Source of the DNA: Piromyces finnis finn
Taxonomy: Eukaryota; Fungi; Neocallimastigomycota
Reading direction: 5' to 3'
DNA: 64,000 bases
Assembly (NCBI GenBank): GCA_002104945.1
Contig: MCFH01000048.1
Span: 310,001 to 374,000 of the forward strand
Position numbers and translations under genes: made by a program. Shown in pieces: positions 50,677 through 64,000 of this stretch (within the stretch, counting starts at the first letter, position 1; every line of letters starts with the position of its first letter). The notes beneath the pieces are model-generated. The model saw only the letters and a program-made list of their open reading frames with translations. It ran no database searches and was not told the origin of the DNA.

Positions 50677-53396
50677 GTCTTCCTCCAGGATTCGGATACC
50701 AGACGAATCTTTGAATTCATTTTATGTTTTATTAAAACAATTATAAAGCTATATAATTACTATATAATTAAACTATACTAATTGAATTATAATAAAATAA
50801 TTATTTTCATTATACATTTAATATTAAATACATGCTTAAAGTAAATTTAAAATTTTAGAAAATTTAAAGAATTTTTTTTTAAAAATAAAATTAAAAATAA
50901 AGTTTCCGTTGAAATTGTTTCTTTTTGTTGAATTCCTTAAGTAGTTTTGGATAATTCAAATTTGTTTCTGGCTCCCAAGATGCTTCAGATATTGGGTATC
51001 CTTTCCATTTAATTAGGTATTAGACTTTACCATTTTATCCTCTTATCCAATATCTCTTCAACTTCGAATTTTTCATTATTATCCACAATAACTGGCGGAG
51101 GTGGCAGTTGCTTTCTATTGAACTTGTCTTCATGGTAGGGTTCCAATTCTGAAACGTGGATGACTGGATGAATACGAATTTCCTATGGTGACTCCAATTT
51201 GAAAGAAACTGGAGAAATTATTTCAATTATTTTGTACGGACCAAGTTTTCTAGGTTTTAGCTTCTTATTACCAGCTGTTAATCCAGACCTTATCATTTAC
51301 CTTGAGTTCAGGAGCTTTACTTCTATGTTTGTTTGCAAATTTTTATTGTTGATTAATATATTTCTTTAAGTTATCTTTAAGAGTTTTAATTATTTCTTTG
51401 AAATTTCTTGTGAATTCATCCGCAATTGATACATCGGTACGACTTGGTAAAATTGGAGAATGTTTCGGATTGTAGACACAGTTAGCAAAAAATGTAAAGT
51501 TTTTATAGATTTTTGAACGGCATTATTGTAACTGAATTCGGCAAGATGTAAGAATTTGTACCAGTTAGAACCTTTATAATTTGAGTAACACCTTAAGTAT
51601 TGCTCTACAACGGAGTTTATCCTCTCCGTCAGCCCGTTTGTTTAGTGATGGTAGAATAAAGAAATTTTTGGGTTTATATCGAAAGATTTACAAATAGAAT
51701 TCCAGAATTTAGAGGTATATTGAGTACCTCTATCAGAAAGAATTTCATTTTGTAATCCGTGGAGCTGAAAAGCGTTGATCATGAAAGAATTAGCAGTATC
51801 GGAGGCATAAGGGATGTTCTCAAAAGGAATGAATTGACAGCATAATTTAGTTAATCTATTAGTAACTACAAGAATGCAAGTATACTTTTGAGAGGGTGGG
51901 AGATCCATAATAAAGTCCATAGATAAGGAAGACCAAGGACTTTCAGCAATCTCCAAAGGGGAGAGAAATCTATAAGATATGTGTCGAGAGTCCTTTGATC
52001 GGCAGCATATTTCGCAAGACCTAACATATTCTTTAATATCAACGGAGAGAAAAGGCCACCAAAAGTCACGAACAATAAGGGAAGTAGTTTTCTTTACTCC
52101 GAAGTGTCCAGAGGAGGGTTAGTCGTAACAAATTTTAAGAACTTCCAAACGACAATCTTGGGGGACATAGATCCTATTATTGAATAATAACACAACATCT
52201 TGAATTTTGAAGTTTTCGATTTGCGAATGAGGAACTGGTGAAATTTAAGTTTCTAAATATTTGCATACTTCAAAGTAGAATTTATCATCTTTGCTATTTG
52301 AAATGATTTTATCCATAAGGGTGGTTATTATTCAGAACCATGGCACAAAAGTTTTTGGGTCTAAGGACAAAATTTTGAATGTCATTGTAATCCTTAAAAT
52401 TTTCTAAGTAATCTGGTTTTCTAGATAAAGCGTCAGGTTTACCATTAGCAGAACCTGACCGATAAATGATAGTAAAGTTAAACTCGGCAAGGAACATAGA
52501 CCAACAAACTAATCTTTGAGTCATTTTTTCGGGTTTCTTCTGGTAGAGTAAATTTCTATGATCCGAGAAAATTTTGAAAGGCTGAGCAATTCCTTTGAGT
52601 AGTTGACGCCAAGTTTCTAGAGCGGATACAATTGTTAAAAGTTCTTTATCGTAAATCGGATAGTTCCTTTCAGAAGAACTAAACGATCTAGAAAAAAATG
52701 CCACTGGATGAACCAACTTTTCTTTTGGATTCGTTTGTGAAAGGATTGCTCCTATAGCGAAATTACTTGCATCCGTTTTAACCTTGAAAGGTATGTCACG
52801 ATTCGGGTATGCAAGAACAGGAGAGGAAGCAAATTTGGTTTTGATTAAGTTAAAAGAATTCTCACACTGATGAGAGAAGCAGAATTTAACATTCATTTTA
52901 AGTAATACATTAAGTGGTTGTGCGAGATCAGCAAAACCGGCAGGCAATGAATCTTCTATAATAATTAGCTAATCCAAGAAACGCTTGAACCTCTTTAACG
53001 CTTCTAGGAGTTGGATATTTCAGGATAGATGCAATTTTCTTTGGATCCATCAAAATTCCTTCAGACTATATACGATGACCTAAAAAATCGATAAATGGGA
53101 CAAAGAACTCACATTTTTCAAGTTTTGCATAAAGTCCCGCTTTTCTGAGTCTTTTGAGTATTTCTTTGACTTGCATTACATGAGTTTTAAAATTTTCCGA
53201 GAAAATAATAAAGTCATCAATATAACTGAAGACAAAATATTCCTAAGATTCCATCAAGCACGTCATTAATGAAATGTTGAAATACTGCAGGCGCGTTCTT
53301 CAAACCAAACGTCATTACAGTATATTCACAATGTCCATATTAGCAAGTAAAAGCAGTTTTGAATTCATCACCTTCTTTGATCCTCACATGATTATA
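50677..53396 (-). mobile_element. Degenerate chromovirus G3 (RT C-half, RNase H, IN, chromodomain), 5'-truncated. Its 3'LTR starts at 49851 and runs leftward
   Basis: [42 protein letters not shown]...[17 protein letters not shown]. Same pre-PPT motif as G0-G2. Confidence 0.88.
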
Positions 53397-55500
53397 AGGA
53401 ACCAGAAAACATGCGCCATATTAGGTGGTGCATCACTAATTATGTTAAGAATTAGAATATTATATGAACCAGGAAAGAAAAACTGTCTTACTGATGCTTA
53501 TCAAGAATACCTACTACCTTAAAAGAACATGGAAATAACTCAGCTAATAAAGAAAAACTTATATCAAGAAAACACAAAAATTCTCAAACCGCCACAAAAA
53601 GATCAAAATAATTTAGAAAGTCAAAATTATAATAAATTATCTATTAATCAAAAAAATCAAATAATTTTGAAGAATTCAAAAATTTCATCAATTAAAAAAT
53701 TAATTGGAAAATGGTAGTATATATAGATAATTTGAAATTTTCAGGAAATTCAAAAAAATTTTCAATTCAGAACAAATCCCATATATCAAAATTTAATCAT
53801 AATATATGTAATCATAAATTCTCTTATTAAAAATAAATCAAAATATATTGAAGAAATTTTTAATTAAATTGATTCAATTCAAAAATGATATAAGAAAATA
53901 CTATTCTAATATATTGGTCCATGTAGTATCAGTATATTACAATATAATAGAGAAAATCAAAATATGAGTGAAAAACATAAAATTGAAGATTTATGTCAAT
54001 ATAGAAATCAATTGAACCAAACCTTGAACAAAATATTATAATATATAGATAATATATTAGGAAATAAGAGTAATGAATATAATTTAATCAATTATAGAAT
54101 ATATTCTATTAATAACAATAGTAGTAACAATAATGAGAAAGATAAAGAAGAAAGAGATATAGCTTAATTTATGAAAGAATTCCTTGAGGATCATACAGTA
54201 ACTTTAGATAATGAAAGATACATTAAAGATGAAGGAAATTTAAGAAAGATAATTTAATTTAATTTGAAAAGCACATGCAATTGGTCACGAAGGCTTTGGC
54301 AAAACTTATGAACCTTTTAATGTCTACTGTCATTACTTTCCAATAAAAGGATTTCCTTAATCTCTCATAACTAACTGTACTACCTATCAATTAAATAAAA
54401 TTGAAACTCCCAATCCCACAGAAAATATGTTACTCCTGTACAAGCTCCATTTACTCATCTAAGTTTAGATATAATAGACCCTTTACCTGCTACAAGTCAA
54501 GGCAGCCAGTACATTATGGTAGTAGTTGACTATTTTAACAAGTGGATAGAAGAAGAACCGCAGTCCTCTATAACGTCCAAAGATGTGGTATACTTCCTAT
54601 CAAAAATTTTCGCAAGATTTGGTACTCCTACCATTATAACTACTGATAATGGAGTACAATTTAACTCTGACTTTATAAATTTCTTTCTAGATTTGTATAG
54701 CGTATACATTAAATTCACCGTAACGTATCATTCGGAATCTAATGGTTTAACAGAAAATCGCAATAGAGAAATAGGAAAACTATTAAGATTACTTGCCTCT
54801 AAAGAAAAAGAATGGGACAAAGTTCTTCCTTTTGCCCTATTGGCTTTAAGAACGTCTAAAAATACAGTTACCAAATATTCAAGCTTTGAATTGGTCTATG
54901 GTACTAGACAAAGAAATATATATGGCTGCTGTAAAATCATTATTACAAACCAATAAGAAAGAAGAAATCATACAATATGTAGAAAATCAATTTACTAAGC
55001 ATCAAGAAATATTTAAAATATTAGAACAATCAATGGGAAAATAAATGGAATGAACAGGTAAATAACAGGTGCGCAGATTTGAAACATTTTCTCCAAGAAA
55101 GAACGAATATGAATAGATAGTTGTCAGAATTAAGAGAAAAAATAGAATCGAATGGAAACATAGCAAGTATATAGAAAAAATGGATGAGTTAAAAAGGAAA
55201 TTGGACAAAACCAACCAAAGAATCAACGATATAAGATACGATTTAAATACTAAAACTAAACGACTTGAATTAACTAAAAAGGTTTGTGAAATCGAAAATA
55301 AAATGAAAGAACAAAATCATCTAGAAGATTCGATAATAAGTCTACAAAAATAAATATACAAACTAAATAAAAGGATGAAGAATTTGATAGAAGAAAATGA
55401 GTTAAAAGAAGAATTTCCAGAAGCATTTGACGTCATCCTAACCAATGAAAAGAAACGAAAATTATCAAAATTTTCTATTGAAATCGATTAAATTGGTAAT
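53390..55500 (+). mobile_element. Degenerate Ty3/gypsy of a second lineage (RNase H end, long spacer, integrase core)
   Basis: RILYEPGKKNCLTDA, DIIDPLP...YIMVVVDYFNKW, ARFGTP...TDNGVQF...ESNGLTE...WDKVLPFALLALRT. Confidence 0.75.
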
Positions 55501-55831
55501 TTAAAGTACTAATATACTATATAAAGTTTAATTTAAAAATAATTAATTACTAATTTTAATATAAAAAAGGATTAAAAGTACAAAATTTTATTTGTCAATT
55601 TTTATTTTATGCGTCTTGTTTTTCTTTTATTCTTGTGTTTTATTGTAAAATAATAATATGTTTTAAATGTATTATTTTACAACGTCACCGACAGGTTCGT
55701 GAGGATTAGCAGCTGAAGGAGTAACAGGAGTAGACAACTCATTAACTCTTTGAGTAGCTCTACTGATGAGTTTTGATTTCAATGAGTTAATTGTCTTTCC
55801 TGGAATCGTTAACTTCTAAGATAGCCATTTT

Positions 55832-55934
55832 ACCCATAATAACTTGAGTTAGAGTTTTCCAAGAGATTTAAATGATCCTTAATACCCATAATAACTTGAG
55901 TTAGAGTTTTCCAAGAGATTTAAATGATCCTTAA
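55832..55934. repeat. 52-bp tandem duplication within a decayed minus-strand coiled-coil-like ORF (about 55690-56193)
   Basis: acccataataacttgagttagagttttccaagagatttaaatgatccttaa occurs twice. Confidence 0.85.
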
Positions 55935-57949
55935 GACTTTCACTTTCTCTTCTGAAAGCTTGAATATCAATCTTTAATTGGTTGATATTCCTAGTTAATG
56001 TAGCAGTTAAAGACTCAATGAGAGCCTTTGAGATCTTCATTAGTAGTTTGCTTCTGAGTAGGATTACTCACTCATAGAAGCATTAGCTTATCCGAAATGA
56101 TTAGGAATTATTGATATTCTTGTAGAAATATTTCCTGGGGAGCGTTCTCTTTTGGTTGTTTGTAGGCAGTTGAAGAATTCTTTTGTATCCATTTTAATAG
56201 GTGTAAGTGGAGATTTTTCTATTAAATTTTAATTATTATATTTAGTTATTAACAATTACTAACTAATTGGTGCTCATCGCACTTAGTAATGTGTGAGAAG
56301 CACATTAGTTATATTAATTAATATAATACGCTTTCCTATTGAAGGCGTAAAGCTAACAATATTTATATAAAGAAAATTAAATAATATTTTTATTTTAGCA
56401 ATAACTTAATATCAGCATATATTAAGTTATTAAAAATATTAAAATTTTTAAAATTTTAGGTTTCATAGGAGTTTATAAATTTTATTAACTTTAAGTTAAT
56501 AACGCTAAATTTCACAATTTTTTTCAATTTTTGTTCCTTTTATACATGAACAATTTTAATTATTACATTTTTAATTTTAATTGTTTATTGTTTAATTATA
56601 AAATATTTAATTTTATAAATTGATAATTAATATAATTATTGTAAATAGTTAACTTCTTTCATAGTAATGATGGTAGGCCAGTTTTTAAATAGGCTTAAAT
56701 CTAACTTTTCTAAAATCGCAAAACTATTATTGAAAGATATTAATATTCGACTTTACCTACTTTATCGTGAAAAGCTAAAGAAACTCTTTGGTATTATAGT
56801 TAAAATTTTCTTAAAAATTTAATTTTAATAAAACATTTTTCGTTCTTTTAATTCGTTCCCTTAAAAAAAACTTTTTACTCTGCATTGTTTAATTTAATGT
56901 TGATAATTGAAATATATAGATAATTGAAATATTTTTTCTTATCAATTTTGAGTTGAAAAAATTATATTTCAACAATAGACTGATGAAACAAATAATATAA
57001 AAATTAAGGAAAATTTTGTCAATTATAAAGCAACTACAAAAAGAAATATAACAGAAATACAAATGTTATAAACAAGAAAACTCTTGTATTCCATTATAAA
57101 ATCCAAAATTATTATTAAAAGCATTTATTATAGTAAATAATAAAAATATAATTAAATAGACTTTAATTTAAAGTTTCCTCATTTAATTATTATAAAAATA
57201 ATAATTATAAGATTAACAATAGTTAATACTAATAGAATTAAGAATTATTATTTATATAAATATTATTTAATAAAATATTAAATGTGAATATATAATATAT
57301 CAATAAAATTGTTATTTATAATAAAATATATCTTATAAAATAATAAAAATAAACAATAGACTTTTATAATTAATATTTATAATAAATTAAATATAATAAA
57401 CACAATAACTATGATGTTAATAATATTAATAATAATAACTCCACTAATAATACTAATTTCGAAAATCAAAATCTCCAATATCCACAATATCCACAATATC
57501 AATATTATCAAAATCAAAATGATTTAAATTATTTCCTTTTGTACAACAATCAATTTAATTATTTACCTCCAAATTATTATAATACATTTAATTATCAAAA
57601 TAATTTAACTCCAACTACAAAACAAAATTTTTCTTATAACACTTTAAATTTACAAAATGGCAACATTAAAAATAATCTCAAAATCTAAATTTTAACAATT
57701 TTCACAATTTTCAAAATTCTCACAATTTAAATAATAATAATGATTATATTAATTCATGTTATAATATTAATTACTCTAATCTACATTATATTCCAAGTAG
57801 ATAATTCTAATATAAATATTAATAATTTAAATAATAAAAATTGATGACATTATAAATTATAAAAAGGAAGATATGCTTTCTTTTTAAATTTACATTTGAA
57901 TTATTTATATCATTTGTAACAAAGAACAATTAACAAACAGTAATAAGAA

Positions 57950-59321
57950 ATTCAAAGTAATGAACAATTTTTTTATCCCAGAACCAAGTAATTATGCAGA
58001 TATAGAAAGTAGAGAAGATAAAGAAGAATGACTCGAAGCCATCAGTAATGAATTAAATGAAAATATCAACCGCAAAATGTGAGTATTATATTGATATAGA
58101 TACACAATGTTGTATCTATATTAACCGCAAAAAGTGAGTATTATAGCTTAAGTGAATTTGCTTTAAAGCGTATGTGATTAAAGAATTTTTTAATAGAAAT
58201 AGGAATTAAAATTGAAAATATGTTAATAAACGTAGACAATAAAGCAGCAATTTACAATAGTGAAAATGAAACTATAAATCCTAAGTCAAGACACATTGAT
58301 TTAAGATATCACAAAATGAGAGAACTTGTTAAATAAAATAAAATTAAATTAAAATATATAAAGTCAGAATCCAATTTGGCTGACGGTTTAACTAAATACC
58401 TAAATGGACCTTTAATGAATAAATTTAAAAATTCCTTACTTAAGAAGCTTAGCGTAATTCAACTTTAGGGGAGTGTTAGAAATAATGTTTAATTATAGTT
58501 TACACAAAATATATTTATATTTATATTTATTTATATAATAAAATAATTAATATTTAAATATTAGTAAACATATTATGGCGCAATATAAAAAATGTATATA
58601 TGAATGTAAATGTAATTAATATACATTATAAAAGAGTCCATTAATAAATAAAATTAACCATAAATATTAACAAATAACAATTATATCGATATTGTTTTAT
58701 AAAAATTATATGTATTTATATGTAAAAGTATAAAGACAAAACTGATTTTATACTTAATAATAATTAATAAAAATTTAATGTTTAATTTTTATTAATAGAT
58801 TAAAAACTAATAAAAAAATAATTAAAATAATAATTACATTGATTTAACAAACAAAAACTGCATACATTTTTTATAATTATATTATTGTATTTAAATAAAC
58901 ATATATTTAAAATAAAATAAACAAAATTATTCTATAATAAAATAATAAAACTAAAATTGAATTAAAAGTATAATGAATTAGTTTTAGTTTAGTTTTATTA
59001 TTTTATTATAGAATAATTTTGTTTATTTTAATTCATTATACTTTTAATTCAATTTAAGTAAACTCAAAATTGAATAAAACCCATAAATTAGTTTTTAAAA
59101 TAGATTTTTTTACATTACAATAGGAAATATAGTTTAATAATTTTTATTAAGCCATTCTAAATTTAAATAAAAAGTGTTTAAAACATTTGAAGTATTTAAA
59201 TTTAATTAAAATACTTTTATTCCTTAAATTTAAATATTAATTTTAATTTAACGGAATTATAGATAATTTATTAAATTATTCCATAAAATTTATTCTAAAA
59301 ACTTTAGATTATGTCTTAACA
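57950..59321 (+). mobile_element. Ty1/copia 3' remnant (RT start, RNase H end, PPT 58467-58473, 3'LTR 58474-59321 interrupted by a solo LTR)
   Basis: IPEPSNYADI, VDNKAAI...KSRHIDLRYH...NLADGLTK, aggggag then TGTTA...TAACA. Confidence 0.75.
58721..59308. mobile_element. Solo LTR (TGTAAAAG...CTTTAGA), same family as 31450-32239
   Basis: Long collinear similarity by eye. Flanks ttata/ttatg (4 of 5 match). Confidence 0.75.
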
Positions 59322-61089
59322 GTATCGAATAAATAGTTTATAAATTATTTAAATTTTCTTAATATTTTATCTATTTAGAAATTATAGCATATTAAATATA
59401 AATAAATATTATTAAAATAAAATAAATAAATTATAATACTGTATTAATATAGCAAATTGATATATAAATATATAAATATTGTGTAATATTTGAAAAAATA
59501 TATTAGGAGTGTATAGAATTCATATACAGAGTTTTAGTATAAAATTAACTAGTATCTGTTAGAAACAATAGCTGTTACTGAAGTATTTGTAAAATTAGGA
59601 CGGATATGAATAGCACGCTTATTTGGGGGAAGGGATTGTTAGTATGATAAAAAGCACGCAATACATGACTCTCAAGTTGAATACTTTAATAAACTTTGGC
59701 GAATATAGTCACCGAAGGCTATAGGTTTGCCGTGAAGGTAAAGCAACATAAAAATATATAGATTTAAATTATTTTGAGGTCTAGTATATCATCACCTCTA
59801 ATTAGTTCAGTATTTTCAAGTCTTCAATAATCAATCTAATATTAGATATTTAAAATAACAAAAAAAAGAATATTAAAGAGGCACGTAGAAGAAAAGTTAG
59901 TGAAGATAAAGATGAAGATATGGAAAAAAATCCAAATGAAGAAATAGAAAGTGTAGAAAATGAAGAAGAACAAAATAATACAAATGAAATACCTTTATAA
60001 TAAGTTACTGATACAAAAGAGCATACTCAACATATTGAAATTAATGATTCTAATAATTCTACTAATGAAGAAATAATATAAAAATTAAGGAAAATTTTTT
60101 CAAATATAAAGCAACTACAAAAAGAAATATAACAGAAATACAAATGTTATAAACAAGAGAACTCTTGTATTCCACTATAAAATCCAAAATTATTATTAAA
60201 AGCATTTATTATAGTAAATAACAGTTAAACTATAATAAAAAATAAAAATAGTAATTTATAAAAATATAATTAAATAGACTTTAATTTAAAATTTTCTTAA
60301 AAATTTAATTTTAATAAAACATTTTTCCTTCTTTTAATTCGTTCCTTAAAAAAAATTTTTTTACTCTGAATTGTTTAATTTAATGTTGATAATTGAAATA
60401 TTTTTTCTTATCAATTTTGAATTGAACAAATTATATTTCAACAATAGACAAGTCTTATTGATTTATCAACAGGGACATATTAAAAGTAATAGTAAGAACT
60501 TATGATCTAGGTTCCCTCACGCATTAAGTTCTTAGGAACCTAGATCATATGAATAAAGCGACAGAAATATCTATTATCCGAAGGAAGACACTATATGATA
60601 TTTGATCAGTGATTTAAAAAATGTGATACTTTACATTTTAATTCTGAGGGGTCCTGAGAGGAATCCTCCATTTTTGCTGCCTTACGTATCTTTTCTAAAT
60701 CATCGCTTAAAACCTCCCAATAAGAAAAATCAATATTTGTTTTAAAACAACTTTTTTATAAATTTTTATTTATTTAATAATAATAATATAAATGATATAT
60801 TTGATACCTATATAATTAAGATAATAACATCTTTACAAAGAATTAAAATCAAATTTATATCCTTTGTTAAGATTATTAAATTGTTATTCTTAGCAATTTA
60901 ATAATCTTAACAAAGTATAACATGTAATTTATTAATAATATAATATAAAAATTATAAAAGTGTATTTTATCTTAAACAAACATGTTTAAGATAAAATATA
61001 CATATGATTAATCATTTAAACATTTGATTATAATTAATAATTATTAAAATTATTCAATTAATAATCATCTGAATTTGAAGATATAATAA

Positions 61090-61255
61090 GATTCTTTACT
61101 AATTTATTTTCAAGACATGGTATAACAGAATTATTATTTACAGATATAGATCAAAATTCATATCTGATAAAACAAAAGCTTTTTTAGATTTACATGATGT
61201 ATATATTCATTATATCAGTATATATCATCCAGCCTCAAATGGAAAAGTTGAAAGT
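61090..61255 (+). mobile_element. Small degenerate gypsy integrase-core fragment
   Basis: Mixed frames give TD...SDKTKAFLDLHDVYIHYISIYHPASNGKVE, resembling the IN at 54650-54760. Confidence 0.45.
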
Positions 61256-61750
61256 GGGGCATTCTAATAAAAGATGCATAGAAAAATATAATTATTTAAA
61301 TATTATATGAATAATATCTAATATCTAATCCTTTTATAATTTGTATAACAATTTTTATTGTTAATAATAATAATAATTAAATTATGTTAGTATAAGTTAT
61401 TATAACGTAAATGTTATACGTATATTAGAATAATTAGTTATATAAAAAGATATAAAAATAGTGATAAAGAAAAAGATATTTAGAAAAGGGAGAGCTTTTC
61501 AATTACAAATAATATTTGATATTTTAATTTTAAGTATTAATTTTATTTTATTTTATTTTATTTTATTTTAATTAATTAGTTTTAGTTGAGTTAGTTTTAG
61601 GTTAATACTATATACTTTAAGTGTTTATTATATTTAATTTATTATAAATATTAATTATAAAAGAAAAATATTCTATTGTTTATTTTTATTATTTTATAAG
61701 ATATATTTTATTATAAATAACAATTTTATTGATATATTATATATTCACAT

Positions 61751-64000
61751 TTAATATTTTATCATAGTTATTGTAAGTGTTATTAGAGTCAAGTTCATCA
61801 AGTTCATCAGGTTCGAAAAGAGGTTTTTCTTTTTCAATTTCAATGTTATCATAATTATTCCTCCGATTTCATTATAAGGAGTGAAATTTATAAAATCTGG
61901 AAAGGAAGGGGATGCGGAAGAGTTACCAGGAGTGTCTTCAAAGAACTCAACAGAACGTGAAATAACTATTTTATTATTAGTAAAATCAAAAATCCTAAAA
62001 GCGGAAGAATTATGATCATATCCGAGAAAAATACCTGGTAGGGTAAAGTTAGACAACTTGAAACGAAACTGTTTAGGAACATAAAAGAATACTTGACAAC
62101 CGAAAACTCTGAACCTATTAAAGTCCACATTATCATTAAAAAAAACTTCATAAGGAATTTTGTTGTTAATGCCACTATGGGAGATTCTGTTGTGAATAAA
62201 GTTGGCAGTGTCAATAGCATCTTCCCAAAAGACATGACTGAGCTGAGCGTCTTGTAACATTGCCTTAGCACTAGATATAAGTGTACCATGTAGTCTTTCA
62301 GCTCTTCCATTTTGTTGAGGATTATAAGGAACAGTAAACTCGTTTGTAATCCCGTTATCATTACAAAAGGTATCAAACATTGTGTTAGAAAATTCAGTAC
62401 CATTGTCTATGCGAATAAATTTAATATTAGTATTAAAAATATTTTTGGTTTTCTTATATCGTGTATGAAAGGAATAAAATATATCAGACTTGGATTTGAT
62501 GAAAAGGACCCAACTATATCTTGAAAAATCATCAACAATAGAAATAAAATATTTATTGACATATAATGAAGGATTGTTGACTACGACAGTATCCATATGA
62601 ATTAGTTCAAATGGTTCCTTAGATTTGTTTCCTGCGAAGTGAAAAGGTAAATTCTTGAGTCTAGCATTACTACATTTTTGCACTTTTCTTTGATTTTTAT
62701 TTTATCTAATCTATCCTTTAAATGGTCAATACGAAAATGACCTAAACGTCTATGCCATATATACATATGATCATCATCACTAATAGATATACTATTGCCA
62801 ACTATATTGTTATTATTATTAAAAACGACCTTTTTATCAGAGATCCATATGTTATACGTTTTTGAATCATTAACACAGGCGGAAATAATTTTGTTACCAT
62901 TTTTATTATAAATAATTGCAAAATTTTTATTTTCATTTCTAAGGAAAACGGTCTTATAGTATTGGTTTCATAAACAATTGATAAATATTAAATTTTTCTT
63001 ACAGCCAGGAACATATAGGACATCCTTAAATTTTGTCTTATTATCATAAATATACCCATAATAGTTGCCTTTATGAGTAGAATTGATAGATTTTCCATAT
63101 ACAAAATGTATACTCTTTTTATATCTTGTTATATCGTTTAAACATTTAAGATTTCCTGTCATATGGTAGGTAGTTCCTGAATCTAATATCCTTTGCATAA
63201 TGCTATTTTTTTCTTCTTTATTATTATTTATATTGGCACTTTTATCCTTTGACGAAGTAACATTAATATTATTTGATTCTATATCTACTGACGCGTTATA
63301 ATCTTCAAAGAATATTTCTTCATATTTATCTCGCGTTTTTCGTGTTTATTTTCTTCTTGGATATTAGTTTGTGCATAATTTACTTATTATAATATTTATT
63401 CTGTTTGGTAATTTTTGAATTTTTTCGATAGTGACATTCATTTGAATAATGTCTTCTTTTTCCACAGTTCCAACATTCTATATCAGATTTATTCATTCTT
63501 TCTTTTGGATTAATTTTATTATGATATTTTTTATTTTTAATATTTTTATTATATTTTGTTTCTAGACTTAAACTTGATGGTTCAACAGTGTCTGCCCTAT
63601 TTTTCTTGTCCTGGAGTCTTTTTAACCTTTGAACAGCTTTGATGACATAATCTTTTATTTCTTCCCAGGTTCCTACAACATTAAGTAAATTTATTTTGAT
63701 TACTAAATCTTCTGGTAAAGAGTTATATAAGTAATCAAATTTTTCATTAAAACTTATTTTTTCAGTAATTTCTTCTAACTCATCTAATTTTGTGAACATC
63801 GATATAGCTATTTCATCAGATTCGTGGTATCTCATTTTGTTTAGTTCATTTTTTATTTTATATATTATTTCTTCTTTGTCTGGTTATTCTACATTTTCTA
63901 TTAACAGTAGTGTTGGTAAAATTAATATGTGACTTATATTTATTATTCAGACTATTTATTAATAATTCTCTGGCTCTTCTGTCCTTTTTTATCAACTCCT
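61751..64000 (-). mobile_element. Ty1/copia remnant (gag, CCHC, PR, GAG-pre-IN, IN core). 5' end outside window; RT absent
   Basis: CWNCGKRRHYSNEC, ILDSGTTYHMTG, IWHRRLGH, LIHMDTV, DNGTEF, ERLHGTL, VFGC...PGIFLGY. Confidence 0.88.

Overview
Extremely AT-rich eukaryotic fungal DNA. The composition, intron style and gene content suggest an anaerobic gut fungus (Neocallimastigomycota); this is an inference. The left 17 kb holds three intron-containing host genes: a class I heterotrimeric G-protein alpha subunit (minus strand, runs off the left edge), a Pga1-like single-pass membrane protein (plus strand, 5 exons) and the DEAD-box splicing helicase PRP5/DDX46 (minus strand, 5 exons). From about 19.7 kb to the right edge is a gene-free nest of LTR retroelements. 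It contains four related chromodomain-bearing Ty3/gypsy elements (one nearly intact), a second gypsy lineage, five Ty1/copia remnants and at least six solo LTRs, most delimited by 5-bp TSDs I could read directly. Five observations stand out. (1) Two copia elements have a PBS matching the D-arm/anticodon half of tRNA-Lys(CUU), not a CCA end. (2) Two chromovirus LTR types begin with a tRNA-like Pol III A/B-box cassette at the same offset. (3) The same elements show covarying Tf1-type self-priming PBS/R pairs. (4) One solo-LTR family has inserted twice at the PPT/3'LTR junction of different host elements, at adjacent 5-bp targets. (5) There are several template-switch inversion footprints, including a 1284-bp near-identical inverted duplication. 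No database searches or alignments were run; all family calls come from motif recognition.
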